NCBI GenBank assembly: GCA_965206695.1
Contig: CBDBKM010000010.1
Coordinates: 352,001-416,000 of the forward strand
Reading direction: 5' to 3'
Length of the DNA stretch: 64,000 bases
From: Chlamydiales bacterium
GTDB lineage: Bacteria > Chlamydiota > Chlamydiia > Chlamydiales > JAAZZY01
Shown: piece after piece, positions 42,442-57,816 of the stretch
Numbering within the stretch: position 1 is the first letter of the stretch
Layout: every line of letters begins with the position of its first letter
The notes under the pieces: generated by a model
Databases searched by the model: none
What the model saw: only the letters and a program-made list of their open reading frames with translations
What the model was told of the DNA's origin: nothing
Made by a program: the position numbers and the translations under genes

Positions 42442-43233
42442 TTACCATTTTACTAAAGGCGGCATCGAACACAAGATAGCTTCCGGGTTGCCGCCTGAAT
42501 TAAAGCCAAAGCGGGTTCCTCTATCATAAAGTAAGTTAAATTCAACGTAATGGGCTCGTAATTTTAATTGGAGCTCTTTGTCAGCGTCAGTATAGGAAGC
42601 ATCACAGCGACGATTATAAATAGGAATTATGCTATCTAAAAAAGTGGTACCTATTTGTTTCCACATCGATAGATCTTTTTCAAAATCTCCGGAATTAAAA
42701 TGATCGAAAAAGATCCCGCCCACGCCTCTTTGCTTGTTATAATGAGGAATAAAAAAATAGTCTTCGGCGTTCTTTTTGAAGTCAGGATACAAATGTGTAC
42801 CAAAAGGATCTAATGTAGATTTAGCAATAGAGTGAAAATGTTCGGTATCCTCAACAAACGGAAACCCCATTGGAGTTAAATCGTAGCCACCGCCGAACCA
42901 ATATTGATCTTGAGTCTTAATGTAGCGAATATTCATGTGCACGGTTGGAGCTTTAGGGTTAGTCATGTGAGTGATTAAGCTAACACCTGTTGCATAAAAA
43001 GGCCCATGGGCATCATCCGTTGGGAATTGATCGCCGGCCACACCTGACCAATTTACAGCAGCTTTTTCAAACACATCACCTCTAATAACGCTCATTTCGC
43101 CACCACCAGTTTTTGAGAAATCCCATTCCTTTCTCTTGATTTTAGCTATAGGTTCAAAAGCTTCGAACGATTGTATAATAGTATCTCTTAAGGATTTTAA
43201 AAATGATTCGATTGGTTCACTCATATTATGCAC
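42442..43233 (-). CDS. hemF: Oxygen-dependent coproporphyrinogen III oxidase
   Basis: VFEKAAVN, PTVHMNIRY, WFGGGYDLTP, RGVGGIFFD, YVEFNLLYDRGTRFG. Confidence 0.95.
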   Translation of the reverse strand: MHNMSEPIESFLKSLRDTIIQSFEAFEPIAKIKRKEWDFSKTGGGEMSVIRGDVFEKAAVNWSGVAGDQFPTDDAHGPFYATGVSLITHMTNPKAPTVHMNIRYIKTQDQYWFGGGYDLTPMGFPFVEDTEHFHSIAKSTLDPFGTHLYPDFKKNAEDYFFIPHYNKQRGVGGIFFDHFNSGDFEKDLSMWKQIGTTFLDSIIPIYNRRCDASYTDADKELQLKLRAHYVEFNLLYDRGTRFGFNSGGNPEAILCSMPPLVKW

Positions 43234-43597
43234 CTCATATATGTTGATATATTCACCGGGTTTTACGCCAAGGAAGCTTTTTTTAGCAAAATCATCCTTT
43301 TCAATGTAAGGAATATAGAGATATTAAAAAAAATACTAATTGAATTTATATAAAAAAAATAAAATCAACAAAAATTTAAAAATTCCTTGCATAAATAATA
43401 CGATATTCTATATGTTTTTGCACACTTTAACGCAGAGAATTAATAAACGTTAAAAAGAAGCACCAAGAGTGTTTTTCAGTTGTTTTGACAGTGTTGTTTT
43501 TGACATTTATAAGAAAGCTTATGTGCGGCCTAAAAAAACAAGTCTAAAACTTGTTTTGAATGAAAGCAATTAATTGCTTTCGAACGAAGTTTATTTT

Positions 43598-45140
<1,543 letters not shown>

Positions 45141-45261
45141 AGAGGACAGTTTCTTCATTAATTTGAAGAAAACCAGGTTGGGACAAATTTTATTGTCTTG
45201 TTAATTAGGGCTGTACATGGGTTTTCTTATAGTGTCAACAACAACGCTTGACTATCTGTGC

Positions 45262-45334
45262 GGGGGTATAGCTCAGTTGGTAGAGCATCTGATTTGCATT
45301 CAGAAGGTCAGGAGTTCGAATCTCCTTGCCTCCA
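45262..45334 (+). tRNA. tRNA-Ala(TGC)
   Basis: Cloverleaf, anticodon loop ttTGCat, G3.U70 pair. Confidence 0.95.
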
Positions 45335-45338
45335 GTCT

Positions 45339-45412
45339 GCGGTTATAGCTCAGCCGGTTAGAGCGCGACACTGATAATGTCGAGGTCCCAAGTTCAAGTC
45401 TTGGTAACCGCA
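45339..45412 (+). tRNA. tRNA-Ile(GAT)
   Basis: Acceptor gcggtta/taaccgc, anticodon arm cgaca-ctGATaa-tgtcg. Confidence 0.95.
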
Positions 45413-45590
45413 TAATCAATTTACAGAATGATACTTTTAAGTATTATATTAGCTCTTTTGACAGTTTTGAGTAACAAGTAAAATAAAGTCGTAAATAATA
45501 CAATTTTACAAAAATGAGCCATTATTATTATTAATAGTGGGTGCTTGAGGATATTAATCGAATACTTTTTTTGGTTTAATTAATTTTTTT

Positions 45591-48543
<2,953 letters not shown>

Positions 48544-48668
48544 ATTTTTTTCTTCATCGGCGTTTTTAGCAGTAATGTTAATCATGTCAATGATGATGAG
48601 AGCCAAAATGGTATACGATATCTTCAAGCACTCACTATTGATAATAATTGTATTATCTAACGATTTTT

Positions 48669-48784
48669 TCTTGGTGATTATAGAGAAAGGGGTACACCTG
48701 ATTCCATCCCGAACTCAGAAGTTAAGTCTTTCATCGCCGATGGTACTGCACACAAGAGTGTGGAAGAGTAGGACGTTGCCAAGT
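48669..48784 (+). rRNA. rrf: 5S rRNA
   Basis: cttggtga..cacctgattccatcccgaactcagaagttaag..gatggtact..agtagg.cgttgccaag. Confidence 0.95.
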
Positions 48785-48794
48785 TTTTTTTCAT

Positions 48795-48826
48795 GCTCAT
48801 CATAGCAATATGATGGGCTTTTTTTT
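48795..48826 (+). terminator. Intrinsic terminator of the rRNA operon
   Basis: Stem gctcatcata/tatgatgggc, GCAA loop, T8 tail. Confidence 0.85.
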
Positions 48827-48984
48827 GTTATTCGAAATTGCCTGTAAATTTTTACGAATACTTTAAAGTGTTTTAAAGTTTATTGTTCGTTTTTTTCATG
48901 TAAAATATCCGAATGACACACTCACTTGATTTAATAAAACAAGCCTTAAAATATATGAAAAGCGAGGGAACACGACAAGAGGTA

Positions 48985-49353
48985 AAACTAAAAATAGTAT
49001 CCAATCAATTTCGTTTATCAAATCTAGAGTTAGATGGGATGGAGAGGCCTTTAATATGGCAAAGTCTAAAGAGCCATTAAAAATACGTTCAGCAGTAACG
49101 ATTACTAAAGATTAAATGTGAATAATATTTCATTCGGTAAAAAGTTAATTTCCCCTAAGCCATTTAAGCATTTTAAAAAGGAATTAAAAACGTTTAAGTA
49201 AATTTAAATCTAACAGCAATAAAAAAAGAATCAAAGTCGCCAAGAGTCATTCTAAAAATATAAGCAATGACTTTCATCGTAAACTTTCTAAAAAATTGAT
49301 TCGTGAAAACCAAGCAATTATAATTAAAGATTTAGATATCAAAAGTATGTTAA
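48985..49353 (+). pseudogene. Highly degraded tnpB fragment
   Basis: ..DFHRKLSKKLIRENQAIIIKDLDIKSML resembles the TnpB RuvC-II region; many indels. Confidence 0.6.
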
Positions 49354-49355
49354 AC

Positions 49356-49433
49356 ACTCACCTTACGCACAGCTCCTACTAAGCAAGCTACAGAATCAAT
49401 CCTTTTTTACTAGAGTGCATGCGTAAGGTGAGT
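49356..49433. repeat. 78-bp MITE-like unit with 14-bp perfect terminal IRs
   Basis: actcaccttacgca ... tgcgtaaggtgagt; the same 14-mer occurs alone at 31077-31090. Confidence 0.6.
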
Positions 49434-49512
49434 TAATAACCATTAATCGTCTTTTTTTGTTTATCCGTGATTATAACAGAAAAAAGCATTAGCTATTTAG
49501 GGTTAGCAAGTA

Positions 49513-50604
49513 TCAACTTACTTCCATATTAAAGCTGCTGTTATCAATATCTTCTTGTAGCATTTTGTTACGTAAAGACTCTTTAAATCCGGACTCAAGA
49601 AGAGATTCCATATATTGGCCATATTCACCTAATGTTTTGGGCTTATATACAGAATTTCCCTGATCATCCGGATATTTAAACATCGTAATTTCGTATGATC
49701 CTTGATTCGAAACATCTTCTGAATTAACTGAAAAAGGAAGTAATGAGTTCAATAAGTTTTTTACTTTTTCTGTTGCTTTATCTAAACATTCTCTAGTTTC
49801 TTTTGAATCCGAATCTAGTTGGCTATAAGGAAGATGAAGCAACGTAAAATGCATATTAACGCTATATGGGGGGGTATCAACTTCCGGTCGGGGACGAATA
49901 ACAATGCCGTCTCTTTCTAAAGAGGCTCTTAAATTGCCTATTTGTTCAATCACATCTTTTGAAACACCTTTTATACCAAGAGCAATCCAAGGTTTAATAC
50001 CATTTCCAAAACGTTCAACTCTACAACTTAAATCCATTTTTCTTCCTTCAATATTAGATATAATAAAGGAATGGGCTCTTTCGTAAAACATAGCCACTTT
50101 TTCAAAAGTCATTCTATTCTGATAGGTATTGAAATAGGGCTTACTAATCCTTGCATCACAAGCAATGCTGATATGTGGAGATTCATCAATAACTAAACCG
50201 CATTCCTTTGCAATCTCTTGCAGTGTTTCATTTTTTGAAGATAGTTGTTTGATTAAATCAAAAAAAGGATGTCCATCCGTTTGCTCATTAGACATAGAAA
50301 TCATCAGACTAGGATACCCTCTACGGGAATCCCAGTGTTTACCGGGAACGTATTGCAATATATCATCTTTAGTGCTCCATTTACTAACAACAAATTTATC
50401 AAACATTTCGTCATAGAATTGCAAATGTTGTTTATCTATATCGTTCAAATTCCCTTTTGTAAGTAAAGAAGGTAAACTAGGATGATCTTTTAAAGTATTT
50501 TGCCAAATAGCTTGAACCTTGTTATCAATATCTTTCTTTTTAGTAATCATTATTGACTGATTTAAAGGATATATTTTAGGCTGATTTGAACAGATAGAAA
50601 TCAT
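49513..50604 (-). CDS. Hypothetical protein, candidate 2H phosphoesterase
   Basis: 363 aa; PHISI (H144) and MHFTL (H252); GGAG RBS. Confidence 0.55.
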   Translation of the reverse strand: MISICSNQPKIYPLNQSIMITKKKDIDNKVQAIWQNTLKDHPSLPSLLTKGNLNDIDKQHLQFYDEMFDKFVVSKWSTKDDILQYVPGKHWDSRRGYPSLMISMSNEQTDGHPFFDLIKQLSSKNETLQEIAKECGLVIDESPHISIACDARISKPYFNTYQNRMTFEKVAMFYERAHSFIISNIEGRKMDLSCRVERFGNGIKPWIALGIKGVSKDVIEQIGNLRASLERDGIVIRPRPEVDTPPYSVNMHFTLLHLPYSQLDSDSKETRECLDKATEKVKNLLNSLLPFSVNSEDVSNQGSYEITMFKYPDDQGNSVYKPKTLGEYGQYMESLLESGFKESLRNKMLQEDIDNSSFNMEVS

Positions 50605-50807
50605 TTGTTCTCCATTTATGTTTAGTTAACCGGATAATAAATAGTTTTATAAATACAATATTAAGGTCTTTGGTTTTTAAGAAACTGTGTTGAAAAAGTC
50701 CTAAGGGGTTTTGAAGAAATAGTTAAAAATAAAGAAATTTCTTGTCTTTTCATTTCAAAAAGAACGAAAGAATTGCACGATGTGCAAACGCAACTGAAGA
50801 GAATATA

Positions 50808-51106
50808 TTCGTATTGGAGGCTTATGATCTTGCCAAATATCGTATTTAGTTCACCGCTCTTTTCCTGCTTCTTCGCTGCTCCGTCTTTGCTAACCTATTT
50901 TGGGCGACGCTCAGGAATTATTTACAACTCCACAGGCACTCTACCACTCACGCAGCGGATCAGATTTAAAAATCAACCAAACTATAGCATACGAGGCTAT
51001 TTTAATAGAGGAAAAGATCGCATAGCCCAACTAAAATTAAATGCCTCTCAAACTCTCCGGCGTCGCAACCGAGTTTGGGGGGTCGACTACATCCGTGCAG
51101 TCTTCA
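50808..51106 (-). repeat. ~298-bp non-coding mobile repeat, copy 2 (inverted)
   Basis: Reverse complement of 40867-41164 with scattered substitutions. Confidence 0.85.
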
Positions 51107-51219
51107 TAGAAGTCTGATAAAAAAAGGAAGTATAACTTTTCTTGTTGATCCAAAAGCTTTTAAAAAAATCTGAAATTTTCAACCTAAATCAAGGGGGGAG
51201 GCCAAGCGATAAGATATTC

Positions 51220-51420
51220 TTATGACAATTAAGCGAGAAAACCCACCTTTTTAAGGGTGGGATGAAAGCGTCTACTTATTTTTCTGGTTTTGTATATATT
51301 TTCTAATCGTGTATTCATTCAACTTACCAACACTGTCAACATAATATGATCGAGTCCATAGGGTATGTATTCTTGTCCTTAAAGTTTTAAATTCTTTTCT
51401 CAATATGCTACTGGTATATC
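51220..51420 (-). pseudogene. tnpA: IS200/IS605 tnpA 3' remnant with terminal hairpin
   Basis: Minus strand YTSSILRKEFKTLRTRIHTLWTRSYYVDSVGKLNEYTIRKYIQNQKNK*, then a cccaccc..ggtggg hairpin. Confidence 0.8.
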
Positions 51421-51473
51421 ATTTGAATAGTTGCTATGATACATTCAAATAATATCCAGTGGGTTAGCGAATA

Positions 51474-52094
51474 ATGAATGAATCACGTAAAAAAATTACA
51501 TATCAAAGAGTGTTAGCTTATTTACTTCAAGATAGGCTCATCTCTTGCTATAATGACTTGAAGCAAAAACAGTATCAGAATCTCGATTCTATAACTGGAA
51601 GAACAGCTTGGTGTGATTTCTCTGGAGGAGATGAGTGGGGAGAGGTCTCATTAGTGTATCAAGAAGACTTACCTGTGCGATGCTTGTGGAACATGTTATT
51701 TTCGATTGATGATATCGATGCAACTCAAAAAAAATATCAAATTGAAATAGATCCTAAGTCGATACCCTCTTCGCATGAAACGGAATCCCCGACTATAAAA
51801 ATTGAAACGCAATCTGCAATTGAAATAAGTTTAGAAAAAAAACTCAATAAAAAATATCCTTATGAAAAGGAAGGGTTTCCATGCAAAGGGACTCTGATTT
51901 TAGGAATTTCGGATCCAACGTTTAGTGGATTTACTAATAATCTTGAGATTAGACATGGAGTATTAGATCTTGAAGCTCTAAAGACAATTACCAAAAAGCT
52001 TTCTTTGAACAGTTGTTTTGAAAGGGTATTGCTAGTGAATAGTTTAGTCCCATTTGATCAAAATCCCGAAAATGATACCTATCCACTTTTGTGA
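51474..52094 (+). CDS. Hypothetical protein
   Basis: 206-aa ORF; no motif recognised. Confidence 0.6.
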   Translation: MNESRKKITYQRVLAYLLQDRLISCYNDLKQKQYQNLDSITGRTAWCDFSGGDEWGEVSLVYQEDLPVRCLWNMLFSIDDIDATQKKYQIEIDPKSIPSSHETESPTIKIETQSAIEISLEKKLNKKYPYEKEGFPCKGTLILGISDPTFSGFTNNLEIRHGVLDLEALKTITKKLSLNSCFERVLLVNSLVPFDQNPENDTYPLL

Positions 52095-52608
52095 AATATT
52101 ACTGGGGCACCCAATCTCACCAATGGTAAAGCCAAAAGATCGAAAGGGTAATGTTTTCTGAAGGTGTTTGTAAGAGTATTTTTACTTAAATTGTGTAAAA
52201 CAGATGGAAACTCTTAAGAAAAAGGAATTTAATAAACATGCTTTCATTCAATATAGAGCTTTAAAACAAACCTACAGGTCAGGCCTCTTTTTCTTAAGAT
52301 TAGCTATATAGCTTTATACCATCTATTAATTCATTTCATAATAGTTATATTCTCCAGGGTCGTAATTATAAGACTCTAATTCCTTATACGGCTGTGTTTC
52401 AAAAGTGCCAGAGGAAACTTGCAAAAATAGGCTATAAAAATAAGAAAAATTATTTTTTGTTGTATGGATAAAGAAATTTTTTTTAAAGATTAGAAGGTTT
52501 ATTAAAGTTTATGCAACAGGTTGCACAATTAATATCTACACCTGCTTACAATGTTCACAAACATAGTATTTATTAAATAATAAACCAATTAAATAATAAA
52601 TTAATATT

Positions 52609-53015
52609 ATGAAAAATAACAAATTATTTCTCGCTCCAAAAAACAATAAAACTAGCAGAGAAAATTTTCAAGCTAATCTCGAAAATGGTTATCCTCATCA
52701 TGAAGTAGAGAAGTTTTTATATAACGAAGAAAAAGAAATAATCAAAGGAAAAAATAAGCTCTATATTTGGGGTAATCAAAAAGCAAAACAACAATCCTGG
52801 GATAAATTAGAAGTTGGTGATTTTATAGCTTTTTATACAAAAGGCATATTTACACATTATGGGAAATGTATTTTAAAAAAACACTCCAAGGCTTTAGCAC
52901 AATTTCTATGGGGGAAAAGTAGCAAACAAAAACTAACTTGGGAGTATACATTTTTTATAGATGAGATAAGACCAACTTCTATACCACTATCAGTAATCAT
53001 TGATTTAGGCAAATA
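52609..53015 (+). pseudogene. EVE/PUA-like domain protein truncated by IS630
   Basis: YIWG...SWDKLEVGDFIAFY....HYGK...S..LAQFLWG.....WEYTFF; the frame runs into the IS end at TA 53014-53015. Confidence 0.55.
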
Positions 53016-53305
53016 TAGTCATTTAATTTTATATTGATAAGATTGCTTGATCAATGGCGAATGTAAAATTCGTAACTTTTCGTAATATCTCTCTAACTTT
53101 ATTTTTCATATTAGCCCAATATTTTTCTATAGGATTTAAGTCCGGAGAATATGGAGGAAGAAACATAAGCTTACAACCGGCAGATTCTACTGTTTTCCTG
53201 CTTTCCGCTGACTTGTGAAAACCGGCATTGTCAAGAATAAGAACACTACCGGGTGTAAGCTGAGGAGTCAAAACTTCCTTAAGCCAAATATTGAATAACC
53301 CGGTA
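53016..53305 (-). mobile_element. IS630 lineage A 3' fragment, truncated by IS30
   Basis: Reverse complement of about 9670-9960 including the right IR. Confidence 0.9.
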
Positions 53306-53306
53306 T

Positions 53307-54425
53307 GTCCTTTTCAACTATGAAGTGCAACAAACTTGTACTCTATTATAGCACAAATTCTTCGGATTGAAAACCTCTATAGGTGTTTTAAAATTCAAAC
53401 TTTTTCCGGGTCTTTCATTAAGCAGTTTTTCTATCTCTTTTACATCCTCTTGTGTCACATTATTAAAGTTTGTTTTCTTAGGCAAATACTGTCTAACTAA
53501 CCCATTCGTATGTTCATTCAACCCTCTTTCCCGGGAATGATAGGGTTTAGCAAAATAAAACTCTGCTTTGAGTGTTGAAGTTACTTCTTGATGCCGAGAA
53601 AACTCTAAACCATTATCTGCTGTTAATGTGTGAACTCTATCCTTAACAGGCTTTAAACAGGTAATTAAAGCATCGGCAACACCGAGGGCTTGTTTAGACT
53701 TTACCTTCATAAGCATCGTATATTTAGAAGCACGATCAACAATAGAAACAATCACTCCTTGATGATTTTTGCCTATTATCGTATCTAATTCAAAATCTCC
53801 TATTCTTGTTTTTTCATCGACAATACAAGGTCTTTTATCAATATCGACTCTATTGGGAATACAGCCTCGGCCTGCTTTATCTGAACCTCGCTTTTTATAC
53901 TTCTTACCTTTGTGTCTTAAATTTTTATATAAATTGCCCCAATTTCGTTTATCTTTCCAAATATGACGATAAATACTTTCGTGGCTGATAAGCAGGCCTT
54001 CTTCTTCTTTCAATCGACCGGATATTTGAACAGGACTCCATTGAAGCAGTAATTTACTTTCTATCTTCATAATGTAGTTCAGGGGTCATTTTCTTTGTTT
54101 TACTGCTCGCTTTTGAACGCCTTCTTTTAGTTTTGATTTGTGCTGCAAAATAGATATATCTGCCTTCATAGCTATTTCTTTTTAACTCTCGATAAACAGT
54201 AGTTTTATTAACATTTAATTCCTGCGAAATAGAATCAACAGAATCTCCTCTTTTTTTTAAAGTACATATTTGGCACCTTTGTTCGTAGGTTAAATGCCGG
54301 TAGCCTTTAGGCATAAAAAAATCCCTCCATAGTTTTTTTTTGCAAAAATTTACTATAGAGATTTTGCCGGCATTTGGCCATTTTCAAATTCTTCCTATTT
54401 GTTGCACTTCAATGTTGAAAGGGCG
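53307..54425 (-). mobile_element. IS30 family element with frameshifted transposase (54054-54314 plus 53318-54070)
   Basis: IRs ttcaactatgaagtgcaacaaa / tttgttgcacttcaatgttgaa; YRHLTYEQR, WSPVQISGRL, GDFELDT, TADNGLEF, RGLNEHTNGLVRQYLPK. Confidence 0.92.
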
Positions 54426-54829
54426 GGTCTTTAAATCTCATCGTGTGCGCATTTTTTTAGGTGGTTTCATGGGGGGTATTTTGAGTATATTTTTATCTAT
54501 TACGGTAATAGGATGGCTTCTTTGGATGCCCGCTATGTTTGCCGGGGCCATTATCCGAGTAGATGGCTGGTATCAAAATAACGATATATCTACCTAAATC
54601 TAAATCTTTTGATTTTGTATATACTCTTCGCTACTGAAAGGTACACAAAAAAGTCATAAATATGATATTAGTGTTGCATGAACCAATTAACTCCAAATCA
54701 AAGAAGCACTTTTGAATTTCGAGTAAAAAAGACCCGTGATATTAATGATACATTTCAAGTGCCGGAACTCAATCCTGTCCGGCTTCCAATGTGAATGAGT
54801 ATATACAGCTCGCAGCTGAATCAGAAAAT

Positions 54830-55050
54830 TCATCTTGAAGGACAATGAATATGATTAATAATAATTTTTTGAAAATTATCGTTAATTCTTTGACCTAATT
54901 GCTCTTTCATTTTTGGGATTTCTTCAAAACAGAACGTTCGGATAGTGTCACTGAAGTCAATAAATTTCTCGTAGCACTTATTGTAAGTTTTTTTCTCCCT
55001 CATCACCTTCCGGAACCTCTCTATTGGATTCAAATGGGGCGAGTACGGAG
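54830..55050 (-). pseudogene. IS630 transposase C-terminal remnant
   Basis: PYSPHLNPIERF.KVM...INDNFQ. Confidence 0.7.
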
Positions 55051-55453
55051 CTGTCAAACTCGTTGATCCAATATATAGTCCTCTGATAGAGAGGATGGAG
55101 CTGCTATAGATAAAGCAGCGTTGAGCAAACAACTGATTGATGGTGAAGACATTGTATTTTCTCCTTAAAAATGCCACCACCTTGCACCTTAATTTAACTA
55201 ATAAACCTGACAGTTTATTAGTTGTTTTCTATAATTTACAATAGATGTGTGCTTTATAAGAATTTTAACTTAAAATGCTTATTGGTTATTTTAATTATTC
55301 ATAAGTGTATTTAATAAATAAGTCTAATATTCGGGTTACGAGGAGCCTCATCATTCAATCAAATCCCAAGAAGCTACAAAAAACAATTTGCCTAAAGCAC
55401 TACGGATATCATAGTATCCAAAATTTGTGATTCTTATGATTTAGTTAAGTGCT

Positions 55454-55959
55454 ATGCGTTTATTTTTCAGGTGCTCTATTTTTCTTACTGTTGCTTTGTC
55501 TCTTGCAAGCTGTGGCCCAAGAGGAGCTCCTCGCGCGCCAAGAAGTCAATTAGAAATCCGTCAGATGCAGACCCATGTCTTTGATACGAGTGACTTCAAG
55601 TTAGTTATGAAAGCAATGTTAAATGTATTGCAAGATGAAGGATATGTCGTCCACTAATGTAGATTTAAATTTAGGTTTTCTATCAGCTACGAAGGAAATA
55701 GACGTCGCGCCTAATTCTAGATACCGGGATTACCTTCCATGGAGATGAGGGGCGCTGGATAAAACAGCAAGTCATTAGTGTTACGGCTAATATTAGTGAA
55801 TATGGTGACAGCACTCGCGTAAGATTAAATTTTCAAGCTAAAGAAGTCGATAACGTGGGAATTGTTCAAGCTATTCAACAAGTTCAAGAACCTTTGTTTT
55901 ATCAGAACTTCTTTTCTAAAGTCAGCAAAAGTATCTTTATACAACAGGAGAATATATGA
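55454..55959 (+). pseudogene. Lipoprotein gene broken by two frameshifts
   Basis: Lipobox LASC; SQLEIRQMQT..VLQDEGYV continues in shifted frames as TNVDLNLGFLSATK and then RVRLNF..YQNFFSKVSKSIF, ending at TGA 55957-55959. Confidence 0.7.
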
Positions 55960-56349
55960 AAAAGAGTCTGTTATTATTAGCCTTATTATCTTGTTTAACC
56001 GCTTGTTCTCAACGCAGAGGTTATGACGACTCTCAATCTGAAGAATTCACCTTAGGATACGTCCAGCGCAAAATATATAAAGGTATGCCTCAAACAGAGG
56101 TAGCTCAAGCTTTAGGGTCACCCAAATATTGTTACCCGCGATAGCTCCGGGAGAGGAGCATGGGTCTATGACAAAATAGGCACTGAAGTTTCTTACTCTT
56201 CTCAAGGGGGGGGGATCTGGTTGATCATTTTTGGGTATGGAGGGAACTCCGGCGAAGCCGGAAGCATCCAAAAAACTCTCACAGTCGTTATTAAATTCAA
56301 CGATGATCATGAAGTTGAAGATGTAACGTATCATGCTAGTAAATTCTAA
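55956..56349 (+). pseudogene. BamE/SmpA-like lipoprotein broken by one frameshift
   Basis: Lipobox LTAC; KGMPQTEVAQALGSP continues after one extra A as NIVTRD....WVYDK...KTLTVVIKFN...YHASKF*. Confidence 0.7.
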
Positions 56350-56422
56350 TTATTAAATTTTTTTGTTAATTAACCGTATTTTTTATAGTTTCTTGCGATT
56401 TAGTTTATAAATTAGTATTTAA

Positions 56423-56879
56423 CAGGAGTTTCGCGCTACAAAAGTGTGTTATTAAAATAATTGTTTAAATGATTTTTTCAATCAGGGTATGATTTTTCTC
56501 TTTTATTGGGGAAAAAATGCCGTTACATACATGCACAAAAGAATGATAAAGCACCTTCATTCAAGCAAGCAGTATGAGATATTTCGGGCTTGCGATATCA
56601 GAAGTTTGTCCTGATACATTGTCATATGACAGCATTAGCCGCCGGTTAAAGGATACAAAATTTCAACCTAAAGAAATTTTTGAAACCGTAAAGCACTATG
56701 TCAATAGGGATGAGGTATGTGTACTTATTGTGGACGATACCGGTCTTTCAAAAACGCACAGTAAAAAAATAGAGATTATAAATGACCAATATTCCGGGCA
56801 TGTACATGAGGTTGTAGCAGGAATCGGTTGGGTCAATCTTTTATGGTATGGGATACACTCGGAGCAATACGGTAGAATG
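56423..56879 (+). mobile_element. IS701-like element 5' remnant
   Basis: Left end caggagtttcgc; QASSMRYFGLAISEV..LSYDSISR..LIVDDTGLSK..YSG..H.VVAGI. Confidence 0.7.
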
Positions 56880-56881
56880 TA

Positions 56882-57816
56882 TAGTATTTTAATTTTTATT
56901 TGATAATATGTTATCCTTCTTTTTTTATACAAACAGTAAGGACAAAACAATGCCTAGAGCCTATTCAGTAGATCTTCGAGAGAAAGTATTACAACATATA
57001 GAAAAACATCATGATAAAAAAACAGCCGGCCATATTTTTCAAGTAGATATCGCAACAATATATCGATGGAACTTGCAAAAAAAGCAAAAAGGACATTTAA
57101 AGCCAATCCGCAGAAAATATGCTTATAAGAAATTAGATGATGAGTTGTTATCTAAATATGTAGAAAAACATCCGGATTATTTTTTATCGGAAATTGCTGA
57201 TTATTTTTCAGTCACTCCGCAAACGATTTTTTATGCCCTTAAAAGATTAAAAATTACACGAAAAAAAAAACTACTCGCTATAAGGAAAGAGATGAAAAGA
57301 AACGGGAAGCTTTTATGAAAGATTTAAAAAATATTCCCTTTGACAAGAGAATTTATCTCGATGAAACCGGGATTCATCAATTTTTATTTCGTGAGTCCGG
57401 AAGAAGCTTACGCGGCAAAAGAGTTTTTGGAGCGGTTTCAGGAAACCGCTTTATAAGGCAAAATATTATTTCAGCCCTATCTAAAGGGCAGTTTTTATCT
57501 CCAATGTGTTTTGAAGGTACTTGTAATACCGGGTTATTCAATATTTGGCTTAAGGAAGTTTTGACTCCTCAGCTTACACCCGGTAGTGTTCTTATTCTTG
57601 ACAATGCCGGTTTTCACAAGTCAGCGGAAAGCAGGAAAACAGTAGAATCTGCCGGTTGTAAGCTTATGTTTCTTCCTCCATATTCTCCGGACTTAAATCC
57701 TATAGAAAAATATTGGGCTAATATGAAAAATAAAGTTAGAGAGATATTACGAAAAGTTACGAATTTTAAATTCGCCATTGATCAAGCAATCTTATCAATG
57801 TAAAATTAAATGACTA
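56882..57816 (+). mobile_element. IS630 lineage A, apparently intact copy
   Basis: 935 bp, same IRs as 9026-9960, TA flanks; orfA from ATG 56950, A10 frameshift run, orfB to 57803. Confidence 0.95.

Noticed and set aside
43381..43420. rRNA promoter (TTGCAT plus an AT-rich upstream tract)
   Set aside because: The location is plausible, but I could not fix a convincing -10 box at proper spacing.
54340..54597. 85-aa ORF
   Set aside because: Its first third lies in the IS30 end; the rest looks like the tail of a truncated membrane-protein gene that I cannot identify.
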